Part shown: piece after piece, positions 20,534 to 30,985 of the stretch
Layout: each line of letters begins with the position of its first letter
Position numbering within the stretch: position 1 is the stretch's first letter
From: Tannerella sp.
GTDB lineage: Bacteria; Bacteroidota; Bacteroidia; Bacteroidales; Tannerellaceae
Direction of reading: 5' to 3'
NCBI GenBank assembly: GCA_031257565.1
Contig: JAIROL010000172.1
Coordinates: 1 to 62,434 of the forward strand
DNA: 62,434 nucleotides
Notes under the pieces: model-generated
The model's input: only the letters and a program-made list of their open reading frames with translations
Told to the model about the DNA's origin: nothing
Databases searched by the model: none
Made by a program: the position numbers and the translations under genes

Positions 20534-21922
20534 ATGATGGAGTGGTCTAAATTATTATCCGGTAAACGTCTTGGCGTGGAACATTACCATGAACGTAAGC
20601 ATGAACGAACTAATTTCCAACGTGATTATGACCGGTTAATATTCTCTTCGCCATTCCGTCGTTTACAAAATAAAACGCAGGTATTTCCCTTGCCGGGTAG
20701 TATATTTGTGCATAACCGATTGACTCACAGTCTCGAAGTGTCGTGCGTGGGACGTTCAATCGGTAAAAATATATCTTCCCGCCTGATTCGGAAGTATGGC
20801 GATCCGGAGGGGATTAACTTTTCCGAGATGGATTCGATTGTTTCAGCCGCATGCCTTGCGCATGATATGGGAAATCCGCCATTCGGTCATTCCGGCGAGC
20901 GGGCTATTTCTGCGTATTTTACGGATGGTAAAGGTAAACAATATGAACGGGAGGTTCGCGCTCAAGGCGGTCGTTGGGAAGATTTTCTTTATTTTGAAGG
21001 TAATGCGAATGCAATGCGCTTGCTTACACATAAATTCAAAGGACGCCGCGAGGGCGGTTTTGCGTTGACGTACAGTACGCTTGCTTCTGTGGTAAAATAT
21101 CCTTTTGCTTCTATTTATGCGACTGCGGCTAAGAAAAAATTCGGCTTCTTTCAGACGGAAGAAGACGCGTATCTCCGTATCGTTAAGGAACTGGGTATTC
21201 CTTCATTGAACAGGGTGGCAGACGCAAGTTGTAGTCCCGTGTCCACCGGCGATACACGACCGCATGCCAAAGCGGAGGTATATGCCCGCTACCCGTTAGT
21301 CTATCTGGTAGAAGCGGCCGATGACATTTGTTACCAGATCATGGATATCGAAGATGCTCATAAGCTGCGTCTTCTGACAAAAGACGAGGTGTTTGATTTG
21401 TTTCTCGCTTTCTTTGACGGGAAGCGTCTTGAAGATATCAAACACACGATGATGATGGTTAATGATACGAATGAACAAATTGCTTATCTTCGTTCATGTA
21501 TCATTGGATTGTTGGTAGATGAGTGTACGCAGGAATTTCTTGATAATGAAGATCGTTTTCTGGAAGGAACTTACCCCAGACCATTAATAGAAGGAATAGG
21601 CGATATTGCGGGAAAAGCGTATAAAATGTGTTCAAAAGTCGCTTATGAAAAGATATACATATCACGCGATGTGGTCGATATCGAGCTTGCCGGTTATCAT
21701 ATTTTCGGATATCTGCTTGAAACGATTATTGACGCGATGATGAATGTGAATCATTCCTATAGTAAATTATTGTTGAACCGCGTGCCTGACCAATATGATG
21801 TTTATGCGCCTACTACTTACGGAAAAATTCAGTGCGCTCTTGATTACATATCAGGGATGACGGATGTGTACGCGCTTGATCTTTATCGTAAGATTACGGG
21901 ACAGAGTTTGCCTGCAGTATAG
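20534..21922 (+). CDS. dgt: Deoxyguanosine triphosphate triphosphohydrolase
   Basis: FRRLQNKTQVF, HNRLTHSLEV, AHDMGNPPFGH, FEGNA, EAADDICY, DYISGMTD. Confidence 0.93.
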   Translation: MMEWSKLLSGKRLGVEHYHERKHERTNFQRDYDRLIFSSPFRRLQNKTQVFPLPGSIFVHNRLTHSLEVSCVGRSIGKNISSRLIRKYGDPEGINFSEMDSIVSAACLAHDMGNPPFGHSGERAISAYFTDGKGKQYEREVRAQGGRWEDFLYFEGNANAMRLLTHKFKGRREGGFALTYSTLASVVKYPFASIYATAAKKKFGFFQTEEDAYLRIVKELGIPSLNRVADASCSPVSTGDTRPHAKAEVYARYPLVYLVEAADDICYQIMDIEDAHKLRLLTKDEVFDLFLAFFDGKRLEDIKHTMMMVNDTNEQIAYLRSCIIGLLVDECTQEFLDNEDRFLEGTYPRPLIEGIGDIAGKAYKMCSKVAYEKIYISRDVVDIELAGYHIFGYLLETIIDAMMNVNHSYSKLLLNRVPDQYDVYAPTTYGKIQCALDYISGMTDVYALDLYRKITGQSLPAV

Positions 21923-21979
21923 CGCGCTTGCAATGGGATGGACGCTACAATAAATTAAAACAATATAGTTCTTAGTTCT

Positions 21980-22693
21980 ATGGAAAATAAGTATAAAAGA
22001 ATTCTTCTGAAATTGAGCGGCGAATCGCTGATGGGCGGTAAACAATATGGTATAGACGAAGTGCGTCTCGGAGAGTATGCGGCACAGATAAAAGAAGTTG
22101 CAGAGATGGGTATTCAGATCGGAATCGTTATCGGTGGCGGAAATATTTTCCGCGGATTAAGCGGAGTTTCTAAGGGCGTTGACCGTGTAAAAGGCGATCA
22201 GATGGGGATGCTGGCTACCGTAATAAATAGCTTGGCATTGCATTCCGCTCTTCATGCTGCCGGAGTAAAAGCGTCTGTACTTACCGCTCTCCGTATGGAG
22301 CCTATCGGCGAATATTACAGTAAGGACCGTGCGATCGACCTGTTACGACAGGGGTATGTTGTTATTATTGCGGGCGGAACCGGAAACCCGTTTTTTTCAA
22401 CAGATACGGCGTCCTCCTTGCGCGGCATTGAAATCGAAGCGGATGTAATGCTGAAAGGGACGCGTGTTGACGGAATCTATACCGCTGATCCGGAAAAGGA
22501 CCCGACGGCGAAAAAGTTTGACGAGATCACTTTTGATGAAATATACAACCGCAAGCTGAAAGTCATGGACCTTACGGCGACTACGATGTGCAAAGAAAAT
22601 AACCTGCCTCTTATCGTATTTGATATGGATACGATTGGTAACCTCAAAAAAGTAATGAGCGGAGAAAAAACAGGTACGTTTGTACATAATTGA
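21980..22693 (+). CDS. pyrH: UMP kinase
   Basis: RILLKLSGE, GGGNIFRG, DQMGML, GTGNPFFSTD. Confidence 0.97.
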   Translation: MENKYKRILLKLSGESLMGGKQYGIDEVRLGEYAAQIKEVAEMGIQIGIVIGGGNIFRGLSGVSKGVDRVKGDQMGMLATVINSLALHSALHAAGVKASVLTALRMEPIGEYYSKDRAIDLLRQGYVVIIAGGTGNPFFSTDTASSLRGIEIEADVMLKGTRVDGIYTADPEKDPTAKKFDEITFDEIYNRKLKVMDLTATTMCKENNLPLIVFDMDTIGNLKKVMSGEKTGTFVHN

Positions 22694-22769
22694 TTCTCCG
22701 GATAAAAACGTTTCGGCATGACGCTCGCGCAGCTCCGGAAAGAAAAAACTGTTTTTATTCGAAAATGAA

Positions 22770-22840
22770 GACAGGCTGCGCCTCAACAATAAAAATAAAT
22801 GAAATTTATTTTGTATTGCCTTCGGCTTGCGCTATCTTTG
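22770..22840 (+). promoter_or_regulatory. Palindromic promoter-bearing repeat upstream of frr; relatives at 17135-17207, 35393-35428 (minus), 36615-36685 and 40452-40517
   Basis: GACAGGCTGCGCCTCAACAATAAAAATAAAT...ATTTATTTTGTATTGCCTTCGGCTTGCGCTATCTTTG ends in a -7 box. Confidence 0.65.
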
Positions 22841-22862
22841 TGGAAATTAATTTTTAAAAAAT

Positions 22863-23426
22863 ATGGCAACAGACACAAATCAAATCATTAAAGGTGCAGA
22901 AACAAAAATGTCTTCTGCGATTGCTTATTTGGATGATGAATTGGCGCGTATCCGTGCCGGAAAAGCAAATCCGAAGATTCTGGATAATATACGGGTCTCC
23001 TACTATGGACAGATGACCCCGCTGACCAGCGTTGCATCTGTTAATACTCCTGATGCTAAAACCCTGCTGATTACTCCATGGGAAAAACCGTTAATTAAAG
23101 AGATTGAAAAGGCGATCCTTCATTCGGACGTGGGTATCACTCCTGAAAATAATGGCGAAGTGATACGTCTCGGCATTCCTCCGTTGACGGAAGAGCGTCG
23201 CCGTGATTTGGCTAAACAGGCAAAGCAGGAGGCCGAGAATGCTAAAATAAGCATTCGTAATACACGCCGGGAGGTGATTGACGTATTGAAGAAATCGGTA
23301 AAAGACGGCGTCCCCGAAGATGTAGCAAAAGATGCGGAAGAAAAAGTTCAGAAAATTCATGATAAGTTTATCAAACAGATTGACGAACTTTACGCTGCTA
23401 AAGAAAAAGAAATCATGACTGTCTGA
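22863..23426 (+). CDS. frr: Ribosome recycling factor
   Basis: [28 protein letters not shown]; follows pyrH. Confidence 0.97.
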   Translation: MATDTNQIIKGAETKMSSAIAYLDDELARIRAGKANPKILDNIRVSYYGQMTPLTSVASVNTPDAKTLLITPWEKPLIKEIEKAILHSDVGITPENNGEVIRLGIPPLTEERRRDLAKQAKQEAENAKISIRNTRREVIDVLKKSVKDGVPEDVAKDAEEKVQKIHDKFIKQIDELYAAKEKEIMTV

Positions 23427-24358
23427 TGCACGGTCTTGTCGTTAAAAACACAGGAAGCTGGTACACGGTTTATACAGACGACAAACGTCCTGTCGAATGT
23501 AAGGTGAAAGGATCTTTTCGCCTGAAAGGTATCCGGAGTACGAGTCCTGTCGTTATAGGAGACCGTGTTGAGATTGAAGAAAATAACGAAGGTACGGCGT
23601 TTATCACGGAGATTGATGAACGCCGTAACTATATGATTCGCCGTGCTTCGAACCTTTCGAAAGAGTCGCATATCCTTGCTGCGAATATTGACCTTGTCAT
23701 ACTCGTTATAACGATCAACTACCCTTCTACCACCACCGTTTTTATTGATCGTTTCCTTGCCACAGCGGAGGCATATCGTATTCCCGTACAGCTTGTTTTT
23801 AATAAAGTAGACCGTTACGACGAAGATGAACTGGAATATCTTGAAGCGCTTATTCGGTTGTATGAAACGATAGGTTATCCATGTTTAAAAATGTGCGCCG
23901 TAACGGGTGAAGGGATCGACACATTCAGACGGATACTTGCCGGAAAAATTACGCTGATATCCGGACACTCCGGAGTTGGCAAATCGACAATTATAAATAG
24001 GCTTTTCCCCGACGCCAATCTGAAAACAGGCGATATATCCGAATATCATAAGAAAGGTATACACACGACTACGTTTTCAGAAATGATACCGCTTCCGGAC
24101 GGAGGATACCTTATTGACACTCCCGGTATTAAGGGTTTTGGAACAATCGAAATGGACGGCGCCGAGGTTGCGCATTATTTTCCTGAAATCTTTAAGTTTT
24201 CTGCAGATTGCCGTTTCAATAACTGCGCACATCGCAATGAGCCGGGATGCGCTGTCGTCAAAGCCGTTAATGAGCGCTACATAAGTGAATCGCGCTATAA
24301 AAGTTACCTTAACATACTCGATGATAAAGACGAAAACAAATACAGGGGCGCTTATTAG
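23426..24358 (+). CDS. rsgA: Ribosome small subunit-dependent GTPase A
   Basis: [33 protein letters not shown] zinc finger. Confidence 0.96.
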   Translation: MHGLVVKNTGSWYTVYTDDKRPVECKVKGSFRLKGIRSTSPVVIGDRVEIEENNEGTAFITEIDERRNYMIRRASNLSKESHILAANIDLVILVITINYPSTTTVFIDRFLATAEAYRIPVQLVFNKVDRYDEDELEYLEALIRLYETIGYPCLKMCAVTGEGIDTFRRILAGKITLISGHSGVGKSTIINRLFPDANLKTGDISEYHKKGIHTTTFSEMIPLPDGGYLIDTPGIKGFGTIEMDGAEVAHYFPEIFKFSADCRFNNCAHRNEPGCAVVKAVNERYISESRYKSYLNILDDKDENKYRGAY

Positions 24359-24501
24359 AGCCGTTTATAATGCCGTAAGCGTTTGTGAACGGTCACCTTT
24401 CCCGTAACACTTGTTTTGGATCGGATTTTGTAAAGTAACTGTAGGGTTTCCATCTGACGAATTATTCTTCTATTTGTTGAGTTACAACTGATTTGAGACT
24501 C

Positions 24502-25386
24502 TCAATCACAATTATGCTGGCAATGGGTTTCGGGTTTTTCTATTTCGATTGTGACATGGTCTATATGAAACGGTTTGGCAATATTGATAATCTTGTGTTT
24601 TAATTGTTCCGGATTCGTAGTGGCGCTTACAACATGGAATGTCATAATGTGCGATTCTCCGTCCATTGTCCACAAATGCAGGTCATGTATGGACAGTACC
24701 TCTTCTACTGCATTCAGTTTTTTCTCCAGATCCTCCATATCAATGTTTTCAGGCGTCGCTTGCAGCATAATCCGGAATGTATCATGCATATTTCTGAAAA
24801 CATTTGATAGTACCCAAAGGCTTATGGCAATCGAAAGTATCGGGTCGAGAACCGGCAGGCTGGCAAACATCATGACAATGCTGACGATTAATACGGCAAT
24901 CCAACCTAAAACGTCCTCCATAATATGCAGGAATACGGCGCGTTCGTTCAGCGAACTTCCTTTTTTCAGTCTCAGCGCGGCAGCGCCGTTGATGATGATA
25001 CCGACAATCGCAATTCCTAACATTCCGTGAGCGCTTACTTCCTGCGGGTCAAAGATCCGCTTTCCGGCTTCAAAAAGTACAATCGCAGAACTGATGAACA
25101 ATACCCCTGAAAGAAATATAGACCCAAGCAGCGAAAAGCGTCGGTATCCGTATGTGTATTTATGGTCGCGTTTCTGCGTTGCTTTTTTTTGAAGCGCCCA
25201 TGCAACGGCTAACGAAAGGCAATCGCCGAAATCGTGGAGCGCATCCGAAAGAATGGCGATACTGTTCGTGTAAAGTCCGCCGATAACTTCCACAACGACA
25301 AAAAACAAATTCAGGAAGAATGCTACAGATATATTTTTTGTAGCATTATCTCCATGATTGTTTTGATGGTTATGATTGTGCGCCAT
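24502..25386 (-). CDS. Cation diffusion facilitator (CzcD/ZitB-like) metal exporter
   Basis: His-rich N-terminus, SDALHD, YTYGYRR, HIMEDVLG, HDLHLW, HVTIE. Confidence 0.92.
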   Translation of the reverse strand: MAHNHNHQNNHGDNATKNISVAFFLNLFFVVVEVIGGLYTNSIAILSDALHDFGDCLSLAVAWALQKKATQKRDHKYTYGYRRFSLLGSIFLSGVLFISSAIVLFEAGKRIFDPQEVSAHGMLGIAIVGIIINGAAALRLKKGSSLNERAVFLHIMEDVLGWIAVLIVSIVMMFASLPVLDPILSIAISLWVLSNVFRNMHDTFRIMLQATPENIDMEDLEKKLNAVEEVLSIHDLHLWTMDGESHIMTFHVVSATTNPEQLKHKIINIAKPFHIDHVTIEIEKPETHCQHNCD

Positions 25387-25502
25387 AAGTTTCAATTTTT
25401 ACGTTTTTCGCCTGGATGTTGAGATTTTCGATATTTACGATCTCGCTTTCTCCGAACCAGTCGGGTATCGGCGTTCCGTCCGGAAATTTAGCCCGGGCAA
25501 AT

Positions 25503-25880
25503 TCAATGGAATGCAATTATTTCGATTTCAACCAGACCGTTTTTAGGCAGGCTTTTAACTGCTACAGCCGAACGGGCAGGAAAATCTCCTTCGAACTGCA
25601 ATGCATAGATCTCGTTAACGACTGTGAAATCGGTCATGTCTGTTAGAAAAACAGTCGTTTTAACAATATCAGCCATCCTATATCCGGCATCCGAAAGAAT
25701 GGCTTTGATATTTTTAAAAACCTGCGCAGTCTGTTCTTTTACGCCTCCTTCTACGAAATTACCTGTGGCCGGATCTATTCCTAACTGACCCGAGGCAAAT
25801 AAAAAACCGCCTTTCCGAATTGCCTGACTATATGGGCCTATGGCGGCAGGCGCCTGATTTGTCCGGATTACTTTTTTCAT
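25503..25880 (-). CDS. ridA: RidA family reactive intermediate deaminase
   Basis: APAAIGPYSQA, SGQL, KTTVFL, FPARSAV, LVEIE. Confidence 0.95.
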   Translation of the reverse strand: MKKVIRTNQAPAAIGPYSQAIRKGGFLFASGQLGIDPATGNFVEGGVKEQTAQVFKNIKAILSDAGYRMADIVKTTVFLTDMTDFTVVNEIYALQFEGDFPARSAVAVKSLPKNGLVEIEIIAFH

Positions 25881-25972
25881 ATGAGCTGTTATATAAAATA
25901 ATTTCCGCAAATGTACAAATTTTATTTAAATAAAAGCGTTTGGCTTTTAACCCAACTTGTCATTTTTACCCC

Positions 25973-26071
25973 ATGAAACGAACATTCAAAACGGCTTGCG
26001 CCAAAGAGTTATGAACATTTGTGAGTTCCATGTTTCCTTAATGTTAAAATTTAAATAATGTACACATAAAA
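25973..26071 (+). repeat. Single copy of the 94-bp dispersed repeat
   Basis: ATGAAACGAACATTCAAAACGGCTTGCGCCAAAGAGTTATGAACATTTGTGAGTTCCATGTTTCCTTAATGTTAAAATTTAAATAATGTACACATAAAA. Confidence 0.93.
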
Positions 26072-26102
26072 AAAAGGCGTAATGGTGTTAAGAAAATCGA
26101 AA

Positions 26103-26153
26103 AATATCAAAATTATATAGCGCTGTCGCACAGCGCTATATAATTTTGATATT
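26103..26153. repeat. Perfect 24-bp inverted repeat with a 3-nt loop
   Basis: AATATCAAAATTATATAGCGCTGT-CGC-ACAGCGCTATATAATTTTGATATT. Confidence 0.95.
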
Positions 26154-26350
26154 CTGAAAAAAGTTGCCCGTAGTCTCAGAATCGTATTTTTAGATTTGGA
26201 GGCGGCGACTTTTCAAACTGCTGTGCGACAGGATAGAGCAGAAGATCAAAGGCATAACTGTTCTTTTTTTGAGTGTCCCGCAAGAAGTAGAAAAAGAAGC
26301 GGAAATCATATCCCGCATGGTACATCCCTCGTCGGAGTTGGAGACAGCTT

Positions 26351-27958
26351 TTATGGTTGTTCCTCTATTCTGTACGCGCTTCCTGCCGTATGCGTCCGGC
26401 CAAAGCGGTCTTTGGCGCGGACTTCTATCCGGTGTTCGCCGACAGGCAAGGCTGCCGGTATGCGGACTTTCCAGAGATGACTGCAAATGACCGGATTGGA
26501 CGGACGGCGACCGGGAACTAAGCGTTCCAGGTAATCCCAATCCTGTACGTAACGGTAATAAGCCGGATCAAACTCCTCTGCCCGTTGCATCTTCATCCAT
26601 GCGCCGTCGTCGATGCGGTATTCCACCATATCCTCCGGGCTTCCCATGAAAAAGTCGGCGTAAACGGATGCGCTCGTCGAACGGCGGAAAGGGACAACTT
26701 TCGGGTGGTAGAGCGCTATCTGATAATCGTCCGGTTTCCCAAGCGCTTTGTAATCCAGCACATACCGGTTGCCGTCGATTCGCAGGAAAGCATAGCCGGC
26801 GGGCGTTCCGTCGCGCATCGTAGATACGGGAATACCTTTGTCGTTCAATATGCCCGAAAACCAGTCGCCGCAGCTTGTTCCGACATTATATTCATGGATC
26901 GGTTTTTCGCGGTTGATGCCCTGTTTTTTCCCGATAACATGCTGCATCTGGATATGCGTATGAGCGGAAAGGAAGAGGACGTCAGGGTAATCTTTCAACA
27001 ACTCGTACAAAGCCTGCCGGTCGGCGTCGCGGAAAGCCGCTCCGTTTCCCGGGTCAATCAGCGGGATGTGCATCGAAACGACAATCAGGCGGTCGTGCGG
27101 GACGCAGGCGAGATCGTTTTTGACAAAAGCGAGTTGATCTTCCCGCAAACCGCCCCAATAGCCTTTTCCCGTCAACGGATGCGGATATAGGATGTCGTCT
27201 AATACGATAAAGTGCGCTTTCCCGTAATTGAAAGCGTAGTTGTTCGGTCCTAAATGAGCTTCAAACGATTCGTCCGAAAGACGGTCTTCCGTGGCTTCGT
27301 AGTTCATGTCGTGATTGCCCATGACGTTGTACCAGGGTATGCCCATTTGACGGATGGCCTGTTTGTAGGGCTGGTGGAGGTCTAAGCGGTCGCCGACCAG
27401 GTCGCCGAGCGTTATTCCGAAAGCGGCTTCCCTGACCTGTTGGGCTTCGGCAATGACGCCCCGTTGGAGGTATTCCAGTTCCTGTTCGTTGTAGGGCTGG
27501 GTATCCCCGAAAAGTAAAGCGGCGAATGTCTCCGGTTCGTCGTATTTGTACAGGGCGAAATCCACCGAGGCGGGAAGCGCTCCGGTTGGTTTCACGCCTT
27601 TGTAGAAACTGTCCGGCGAGCCGGCAGGTTTGTGGAGGTAATACGACTGAGACAGATTAAACGTGTCTAAAGCCGTCCGGTAGCCGGTCGGTTTAATGAC
27701 AAAGACGATCAGGTCGTCGTCGGCAGGCAGACGGTATTTCCCCGACGCATCCGTCAGGGCGACGTCCGTCCCGTTAGAGACGGCTACTCCCGCGACGCCT
27801 TTTTCTTTCCTGTCGCGCCGGCCGTTCCGGTTAAGGTCCTCGTAAACGGTTCCCGCAACGAAAGACCGGGCTGATACGGACGCCGCCGCCGCCCGGGATT
27901 GAGCAAATACCGGCAGGGTCATTGCCGCCCAAATAAATAAGAAAATACTTCGTTTCAT
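26351..27958 (-). CDS. Secreted calcineurin-like metallophosphoesterase with N- and C-terminal accessory domains
   Basis: Signal peptide; GDTQ, LGDLV, GNHD, HIP, AHTH motifs; VAVSNG..V..TD..GKY N-domain; MRDGTP.GY C-domain. Confidence 0.9.
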   Translation of the reverse strand: MKRSIFLFIWAAMTLPVFAQSRAAAASVSARSFVAGTVYEDLNRNGRRDRKEKGVAGVAVSNGTDVALTDASGKYRLPADDDLIVFVIKPTGYRTALDTFNLSQSYYLHKPAGSPDSFYKGVKPTGALPASVDFALYKYDEPETFAALLFGDTQPYNEQELEYLQRGVIAEAQQVREAAFGITLGDLVGDRLDLHQPYKQAIRQMGIPWYNVMGNHDMNYEATEDRLSDESFEAHLGPNNYAFNYGKAHFIVLDDILYPHPLTGKGYWGGLREDQLAFVKNDLACVPHDRLIVVSMHIPLIDPGNGAAFRDADRQALYELLKDYPDVLFLSAHTHIQMQHVIGKKQGINREKPIHEYNVGTSCGDWFSGILNDKGIPVSTMRDGTPAGYAFLRIDGNRYVLDYKALGKPDDYQIALYHPKVVPFRRSTSASVYADFFMGSPEDMVEYRIDDGAWMKMQRAEEFDPAYYRYVQDWDYLERLVPGRRPSNPVICSHLWKVRIPAALPVGEHRIEVRAKDRFGRTHTAGSAYRIEEQP

Positions 27959-28104
27959 AAATCAATTTTTTTAAATTTTTATTAACTATATTCTGGTGTA
28001 AAATTCGGATTTATTTATTACAAATATGCTGCAAAATTATTAAAAATCGTTTACGATTACTCATAGCGAGCCTTTAAGAGACGTGAAATTAATAACTTGT
28101 AACG

Positions 28105-28138
28105 GAAAATCCGGCAGGGTTGTCCCTGCCGGATTTTC
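28105..28138. terminator. Strong hairpin, probable terminator
   Basis: GAAAATCCGGCAGGG-TTGT-CCCTGCCGGATTTTC with A/T-rich flanks. Confidence 0.7.
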
Positions 28139-28304
28139 TTTTAAAGAGACCGTGGACATACTGCGCGCAGCATGAATAAAGGGGCGAATCTCAAGGTTTG
28201 CCCCTTTAATTTTATCCGGCGATGCAAAACAGACGTCCGATCATCTATGTGAATTTTGAGGAGTAAAAGTTTTTTAGTGGACGCTAATGATATAAGGTTA
28301 TTCT

Positions 28305-28922
28305 TTACCAAATCAACTTCATTTCGTATGCTTTTTTTATCAGTTCGGCAACGTTTCGGGCATTGAGTTTAATGAGTAAATTCTTCCTGAAAAATTTCAC
28401 GGTTTCGGAATCACGGAAAATTAGGTCCGCAATTTCTTTTGTGGTATATCCGTCTGCAACATATCTAAGTATCTCATTTTCACGATCAGAAAGCCAAATA
28501 ACATCGTCCCTGGCTTTTTCTTTCAACAGAATATCTATTTCGTCGCATAAGAAAACCTCGCCTTTACTCACTGCCTCTATACCTAAAAGCATCTCTTCAC
28601 TTTCTGCATTTTTAAGGATATAGCCAAGCGCGCCATTATGTAAGGCTCGTTTGGCAATACTGAATTCTTTGTAGCTTGTAAGCATAATGATTTTTAATTC
28701 GGGGTATTGCTTCTTTATTTCGGCGCAAAAATCAATGCCATCGCCATCGGGTAATCCGATATCTAAAAGCAGAATATCCGGAAGACCTTTTGCCAGTCCG
28801 TCACGGCAAGTTGCCAAATCGTGATACACATCAGTGACCCGGGCTATTTCTGTTTCGTTAATCAACTTGCTCAGGCTATCCGCCACCATGCGGTGGTCAT
28901 CGACAATGTGAACTTCTACCAT
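28305..28922 (-). CDS. NarL/LuxR family response regulator
   Basis: IVDDH, LLDIGLPDGDG, GYILK, LSDRENEIL HTH, RKNLLIKL. Confidence 0.93.
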   Translation of the reverse strand: MVEVHIVDDHRMVADSLSKLINETEIARVTDVYHDLATCRDGLAKGLPDILLLDIGLPDGDGIDFCAEIKKQYPELKIIMLTSYKEFSIAKRALHNGALGYILKNAESEEMLLGIEAVSKGEVFLCDEIDILLKEKARDDVIWLSDRENEILRYVADGYTTKEIADLIFRDSETVKFFRKNLLIKLNARNVAELIKKAYEMKLIW

Positions 28923-28940
28923 AATTCGTTTATATCACTA

Positions 28941-30761
28941 TCAGGTGTTTATCTCAATAATTGTTTCGGTTCCTTTATTCGGAGAGGAAAAAATATTTAT
29001 TTTCCCGCTGCATGAAGCAACCCTGTCTTGAATGCTTTTTAACCCGACTCCTTTTATTACCGTTTTTTCATCAAATCCCGAGCCGTCATCCTGAACGGTA
29101 AGAGCAATATGATTCTCTCCCTGTACCAATTGGACATTAATATTTTTTGCGCCCGAATGACGAATTGAATTACTAACTAACTCATTTGCACAACAATATA
29201 AAACAAATTCGATCCTCTTTTCAATACGCTTTTCCTGTCCGAAAAAGTGGAATCGCACATTAGGGAATTGTGCTGTAAAATCCTCCAATGCCGTTTTTAT
29301 GCCGTTACGCAAAGGCAAGGGCATGAGGTTACGAGAGATTCTGCGTACTTCTTCGATACAATCGTTCAGCTTATTGCTGATATCTGTATTATCAAAGTCT
29401 GATTTTACTGCCGAAAGTGTGCCGAGCAGACGGTCATGTAGTTCGCCTGCTATACGTTCCCGTTCGCTCATCTCTCCTTCCTGAACCGCATTCGAAGCAG
29501 CCAGCTGTTTCTCTTTTTGCGAATTTCTGATCTTTAACCACAATGCTACTCCTAAAGAGAGCGTAAACATTGCACCTGCAATTACGAGCCAAACATAAAG
29601 TTGCCGTTCTTTCTCCAACGAGGTAATACGCAACTCTTTCTTCTCGGTTTCGTGCTTTATTTCCATGTCTGCCAGACTGTTATGAAGGCTCTTTTCATTT
29701 CCTGATTTCATTATATCATAATACTTGTTCAAGAAATACTCGGCTCTTTCTTTTTGCCCCATGTAAATATTGGCGATTGTTAGCGTATAGGCAGTGTACG
29801 AAGCTTCCTCTACGCTGGTAGAATCCATCATCCATGCTTTCATCGCCAAATCTTCACACGCTTTAAATTTTCCCATTTCCCGATAAATATCAGCCAATGA
29901 GCCATAAGCCCCGAGTATATGTCGAGGGTCGCCGAATTCTTCTGCTACAGTCAAACCTTCCTGTGCATATTCCAAGGCTTTCCCAAAGTTTTTACTTATG
30001 GAAAAGCAAGTGGCTAAGGAGTTCATGCTAATTATTTCATATGGTTTGTTGCCAATTTCCCGACTTATTGCCAGCGTTCTCTTAAAACTTTCCTCCGCTC
30101 TGACCAAATCTTTTATGTCGGCATAGACAGTTCCCAGTCCATAATCGACTTCCATTTCTTGCTGTTTGAGATTTAATTGCCTCGATACTTCCAATGCCTG
30201 GTTGAAATAATAAATTGCCCTGTCGGGATTATTTTGTATCCTGTGAATAATAGCTATATTGTTTAAACTACCTGCATGTGCCGGATTTGTCGGGATATCA
30301 TGAAATGACAGTGATTTCATGTAGTAATCAAGAGCTTGTTGATAGTCATGCTTTAGCCGGTACAAATTGCCTAAACTGCCGTATACCGACGTCTGTAATG
30401 ATTCATCCTTAGCTTCTATTGCTGTTTTCAAAGATTTTTCCAAATATATACGCGATGTATCAACACTCGCTTTGTGATAATAAATAGTTCCCAAAAACCT
30501 GTTAAAAATCGACGTCATTCTTTTGTCCTTCTCCTTTTCGGCAAGTTGTAAGCCTTTTATGGAGTATTCAATACCCATTTCCAAATTGTATCCATAGCAA
30601 AGACGACTTATTTCCTCATACAATGCGAGTTGTTTTACGGAAGATAGTTTTTCTGTCTCCAGTATGTTTATCAGCGAATCGACTTTCAGCGCTTGCGCAT
30701 TAATATTCAATGCCGGTAGAACGAATAGACAAAGGGCAACTATCTGTTTCATAAACTGCAT
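28941..30761 (-). CDS. TPR-repeat sensor histidine kinase (HisKA_3 type)
   Basis: Signal peptide, TPR repeats, one TM, ERERIAGELHD, ELVSNSIRH, DDGSGF, GVGL, GT. Confidence 0.92.
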   Translation of the reverse strand: MQFMKQIVALCLFVLPALNINAQALKVDSLINILETEKLSSVKQLALYEEISRLCYGYNLEMGIEYSIKGLQLAEKEKDKRMTSIFNRFLGTIYYHKASVDTSRIYLEKSLKTAIEAKDESLQTSVYGSLGNLYRLKHDYQQALDYYMKSLSFHDIPTNPAHAGSLNNIAIIHRIQNNPDRAIYYFNQALEVSRQLNLKQQEMEVDYGLGTVYADIKDLVRAEESFKRTLAISREIGNKPYEIISMNSLATCFSISKNFGKALEYAQEGLTVAEEFGDPRHILGAYGSLADIYREMGKFKACEDLAMKAWMMDSTSVEEASYTAYTLTIANIYMGQKERAEYFLNKYYDIMKSGNEKSLHNSLADMEIKHETEKKELRITSLEKERQLYVWLVIAGAMFTLSLGVALWLKIRNSQKEKQLAASNAVQEGEMSERERIAGELHDRLLGTLSAVKSDFDNTDISNKLNDCIEEVRRISRNLMPLPLRNGIKTALEDFTAQFPNVRFHFFGQEKRIEKRIEFVLYCCANELVSNSIRHSGAKNINVQLVQGENHIALTVQDDGSGFDEKTVIKGVGLKSIQDRVASCSGKINIFSSPNKGTETIIEINT

Positions 30762-30805
30762 ATTTAAATTTCACAAAATTATCATTTTTTTGTCTACCAT
30801 CCTAC

Positions 30806-30858
30806 TACCCAAAAGGGTAAATTATTCATGCAGACTGCAAAAACTACTCTTTTGGGTA
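30806..30858. promoter_or_regulatory. Pair of TACYC-N4-GGGTA palindromes, candidate response-regulator boxes
   Basis: TACCCAAAAGGGTA (30806-30819) and TACTCTTTTGGGTA (30845-30858) in the divergent intergenic region; -7 box TAGTTTTG at 30883-30890. Confidence 0.55.
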
Positions 30859-30985
30859 ATTGACAAGTCTTATCTTGTTTTATAGTTTTGTACAATTTTC
30901 ACGGCAGGACGTAAAAGAGATTGGAAGCCATTTGTAGAAATTATGGAGCGATATTGATAAATAAGTGAATATAAAATCAACAAAG

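Noticed and set aside
20534-21922. dGTPase as an anti-phage defence gene
   Set aside because: It is embedded in a housekeeping run (rlmI-dgt-pyrH) with no defence context.
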